Virus record (IMG/VR): IMGVR_UViG_3300050821_006485
Location: 1 to 64,000 of that record
Length of the DNA stretch: 64,000 nucleotides
Direction: 5' to 3' (one strand)
Source of the DNA: a virus
Positions 61,701-64,000 of this stretch are shown here, piece after piece. Within the stretch, counting starts at the first letter, position 1. Each line of letters opens with the position of its first letter. Position numbers and translations under genes: made by a program. Below the pieces are notes generated by a model. That model had not been told where the DNA came from and made no database searches. It saw only the letters and a list, made by a program, of their open reading frames with translations.

Positions 61701-62971
61701 TAAGCCCTGCTTTGCAACTAAGGGTGAGCTTAGCGAATGCCGGGCCGGGGGCCGATGTACAGGTGGACAGGATAGAGGTATTCCCGACTTTGGAGCCTTA
61801 TCTGCTCACGCAGGTCTATGGCTCGTACATTGATAATTTGGAGGCGATAGATGCCAGCGGTTCCGGGGGGATTATTAATACCGCCTCGGAAAATAGCCAA
61901 ACGTGCACGGGCGGGTTCGTGATGCACGACATCATGTATTTGCTCAAAACGAACTCGCTTTATTCCACGCAAGATATCCCAACGAGCGAACCGGGAGGCT
62001 GGAGCCTCAGAGAGGTGAGTAATAAGGCCGGTTCTATTGGAATACATTCTTATTCCTCAGGCGAAGAGTGGGCAGTGATGGCGTGCCGTGCGGGGATTTA
62101 TGGTTTTAACGGCGGGCAACCTGTTCCCATTAATTGGGAAATCAGACAAATTTGGGAAGCAATTAATTGGGACGCTGGTAAGACAATTGTATTGCGCAAT
62201 GATGTAACTAATAAAATGATGTATTGTGCAATCCCTTTGCCGACCGGTACTGACCCAGTTACAGGTATAACTACAAAGTCTATAAAGTGGCTTCCTTTTG
62301 CCCCCTATAACCCGGCTCCTATATCTCCAAATGTTATGTTGGTTCTTAATTACCAAGCAATGGATTCTTTTGAGGAACTAATAGGAGCATCAGGAATTAG
62401 GACCACGATGTTTGGCACGCTTGCCGCTGTTGATATGAAGCGTAAGTGGACTATTTGGCAGATACCAAGTCCGTACATGGATTTTATTATGAGGCCAAAT
62501 GGAATTGATACTCCTCTATTCGTGTGTAACGGAATTGATTCTTCAAAAATTTATGAATTCGAAGACAACCAATTTAGCGATGATGGTACAGCAATTTTCA
62601 GCCTCTATACAACCTATGGGCATGTTAATGCTGCTAAGAGTGCGACCATACCCCTGTTCGGTTATCACGCGAAGAGATACACGGTATTTCAAGTGAACGC
62701 AAAAGGATCGGGTAACATGCAAGTTAGAGTTATACCTAATGTGCTTGAAGCTCGTTACCCTTATACTATACCAGGCGGAATTAATCTTTTTGACCCAGCT
62801 AATGACGATGCCTTTAGACCTTTAAACATAAAAGGTAATAGAGTGTTTTTGGAATTTTCTACCAATGCCGTTGGTTCATGGTTCCAAGTTTCTAAATCAC
62901 TGTTAACTGGCAAGGCCGATCCTTGGTCCAGTTTGAATCCGACCGGAGGATTAAATACCGGCATAAAATAA
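58706..62971 (+). CDS. large tail/virion structural protein
   Basis: 1421 aa, G/S/T/P-rich beta protein; the C-terminal half has a beta-propeller (tail nozzle/stabilisation-like) character. Confidence 0.75.
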   Translation: MAVSALLLASSINFNIPSSATVLGISTSFAAQAVGTGTPSINIELALNGAPIGSYINVPIGSSLKTYTQGSSAFQWGTTLTPAIVDGSSLGILLQAELDTSGTSAVSSTFSVNNLSVSVYYTTSLLSEILQVETFSFAVPATSGISGIGVSFVAYSSLTTNLSVQMIKAEVPVGTPKSVTLSSTPTIYTIGASNDLWGTTWISSDINNTGFGVQITGSGVGTTFAKDLDILAYLTPSLADFLYVKTYEQNNGQITTLALDDSGIMWKEDVNNNPNVLSTALVGIIPGSYAKSATADNQEYIMFSDLSIGTERPRVLSGNTFYPLSQVGPGAPPSFQASIGSISNILSLSHYSLSGNVVTFTYTGTMPTVGSIYILSNVVSYLNGQSVIVLSTGLSPTTFEVQFQHPDDIGSAINGTATPTFSYSIQSITQPVPYSGIAEFLWSAGPGQTSPGSTVTVYYKHDTTGGQDPGLSSTTNPVYVNLAHATGGAAQFNGTWLVNGTGLGNPPGVGGNYWYFTFTYTASGSYSQIFPPGNPVSYQITLATLTTSTPIPNLTAGSPITITGVTPTGWNSNWTIVTPLTSGVLNISGTQMDASGNASYTYNVQSGAGPLVGEIVTVTNCTNAAIFNATGVISSVAGGIFQIAGFPPNHPIPFAFEANGVGSTFGTQFTFDPGAVVAGTTGQSIFGNAGSGGKVTIVGSSIQPLGAGTRQAVVFFITQSGLETAVSPPVTFTTSSNANELEVTNIPIGPPNVIARGIAITEAGANGVPGASFYVIPNNVVLTVGNTVTTYPSTIIRDNITTSAKLSFTDAVLLSSQEIDVQGNNLFNLIELGSSAWCLPYASRMFYGMQLNKVDNFNNLTFDGGYLPNPGGNLFPLGWIGTDVANTNLINSPVTGMSLYIKNAGSTVKSGVGLVYQTAYTDPYQVPIILPNTLYSVRVAASNPSGNAVGSLVIDLTDFNTGIGFGITYGTFSVLLASMSTNTSVFTGALLTTPFTQGVSPALQLRVSLANAGPGADVQVDRIEVFPTLEPYLLTQVYGSYIDNLEAIDASGSGGIINTASENSQTCTGGFVMHDIMYLLKTNSLYSTQDIPTSEPGGWSLREVSNKAGSIGIHSYSSGEEWAVMACRAGIYGFNGGQPVPINWEIRQIWEAINWDAGKTIVLRNDVTNKMMYCAIPLPTGTDPVTGITTKSIKWLPFAPYNPAPISPNVMLVLNYQAMDSFEELIGASGIRTTMFGTLAAVDMKRKWTIWQIPSPYMDFIMRPNGIDTPLFVCNGIDSSKIYEFEDNQFSDDGTAIFSLYTTYGHVNAAKSATIPLFGYHAKRYTVFQVNAKGSGNMQVRVIPNVLEARYPYTIPGGINLFDPANDDAFRPLNIKGNRVFLEFSTNAVGSWFQVSKSLLTGKADPWSSLNPTGGLNTGIK

Positions 62972-62999
62972 TATCTCATAGCTTAGCGGCTTTGAGCTA

Positions 63000-63045
63000 G
63001 AGCTGGAACAGCCTGATACTGCTTCCAGCTCGATCTTATCAGGAG
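63000..63045 (+). promoter_or_regulatory. SD-masking pseudoknot (HEG leader 5)
   Basis: Stem GAGCTGGAACAG/CTGCTTCCAGCTC; loop CCTGATA is complementary to TATCAGG(AG) at 63037-63043. Confidence 0.75.
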
Positions 63046-63050
63046 AGAAA

Positions 63051-63680
63051 ATGATAGTATATTTAGTAACAAACAAACATAACGGAAAACAATATGTAGG
63101 GCAGACCGTAAAACCTCTTCAAACTAGATGGGCGCAGCATGGGAATGACACTTCTCATGTATCTCTCTTACGCAACGCTTTGAAAAAGTATGGAACAAAT
63201 TCTTTCGTAATAGAAATTATCCATGAATGTCTGCATAAAGAAGAAATGGATTTTGTAGAAATATTCTACATTTCATTTTTGAATACTAAATCTCCTAATG
63301 GTTATAATTTAACAGACGGGGGAGAGGGAAGTTTAGGGCATACGCCTACAAAAGAAGCAAGAGTTAAAATGAGTTTGGCTAAGAAAGGATTACTACCGCC
63401 AAAGCCCATAAAAAGGGGACAAAGGTTATCCCCGAGTACAGAAATTAAAAAGGGACAAAGATTATCTCCTAGTACTGAATTTAAAGCCGGATTTATTCCT
63501 TGGAATAAAGGTAAGTCGCATCTAAAAGGGGCGCTTAATCCTTTTTACCACAAAAAACATTCTCCCGAAGCTTTACAAAAAATGCGACTAGCTAAACTCG
63601 GTAGAAAGCAATCTCCAGAACATGTAGCTAAGAGAATGGCCAGTATATTAAAAAGGAAGGAACTAGATGGCTCACGGTGA
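63051..63680 (+). CDS. GIY-YIG homing endonuclease with NUMOD3-like repeats
   Basis: IVYLVTN..NGKQYVGQT...R, ALKKYG, E.FYI, GYNLTDGGEG. Confidence 0.9.
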   Translation: MIVYLVTNKHNGKQYVGQTVKPLQTRWAQHGNDTSHVSLLRNALKKYGTNSFVIEIIHECLHKEEMDFVEIFYISFLNTKSPNGYNLTDGGEGSLGHTPTKEARVKMSLAKKGLLPPKPIKRGQRLSPSTEIKKGQRLSPSTEFKAGFIPWNKGKSHLKGALNPFYHKKHSPEALQKMRLAKLGRKQSPEHVAKRMASILKRKELDGSR

Positions 63681-64000
63681 ACATGCAATTCTAGAAGGTG
63701 GCCGTGAACTCCCATTTCTAAGCCAACAAAACACTTATCTAGGTTCTATTCTTCAGCGCATCCTTGACGCCGTGAACCTTACCGCAAAGAACGCCGGTGT
63801 TTCATCCGTGGGCAAAATTGCACCCCCTGATCCGGTGGACAGTGTGAATATACAAGGTACTCAACTTGGTTCTAAATTAATCGCTCCTTCTGAAATATTG
63901 CATCTGACCTTAACTCATAATGGGCCTGTAAAGAAAAACGTCCAGTACATAACAGAAGTCGCTACGGACAGTAACTTTTCTAATCCGCATATTATAGATC
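63667..64000 (+). CDS. 3'-truncated probable tail protein
   Basis: ATG 63667 after AAGGAAGG; open to the window end (MAHGEHAILEGGREL...). Confidence 0.7.
   Translation, partial: MAHGEHAILEGGRELPFLSQQNTYLGSILQRILDAVNLTAKNAGVSSVGKIAPPDPVDSVNIQGTQLGSKLIAPSEILHLTLTHNGPVKKNVQYITEVATDSNFSNPHIID

Noticed and set aside
1-64000. DGR, retron, group II intron, integrase or CRISPR-Cas
   Set aside because: No reverse transcriptase, recombinase or Cas motifs were recognised in the window.

Overview
A 64-kb slice of a large tailed dsDNA phage genome (Caudoviricetes; host not determinable from this window). From 1 to 13.3 kb it carries small, mostly leftward genes and a DNA metabolism block: HAD phosphatase, MazG, class II ribonucleotide reductase, a Zn-repeat nuclease and a family A DNA polymerase. 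This arm is studded with a phased 11-bp motif. Divergent sigma70-like promoters at about 13.3-13.4 kb open the rightward arm. That arm begins with an RNA island (three Y-RNA-like genes including a YrlA-type tRNA mimic, Ro60/Rsr, unknown structured RNAs, tRNAs), followed by terminase, portal, scaffold, major capsid protein (MCP), lysis genes, a GroES-like protein, tail genes, a glycosylation cluster and an ice-binding (DUF3494) fusion. Highlights read by eye from the sequence: (1) six ORF-less group I introns (one in the TerL Walker A motif, four in MCP, one in a tail gene); (2) a 39-nt core-less 'mini-intron' in MCP that keeps only the P1/IGS, P10 and omega-G signals and would need a borrowed ribozyme core; (3) a covarying pseudoknot that masks the Shine-Dalgarno (SD) sequence ahead of five free-standing homing endonuclease genes from two families; (4) a Gly22-Hint cassette that appears to split a tail domain across two genes. 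All family assignments come from motif recognition; no searches were run.
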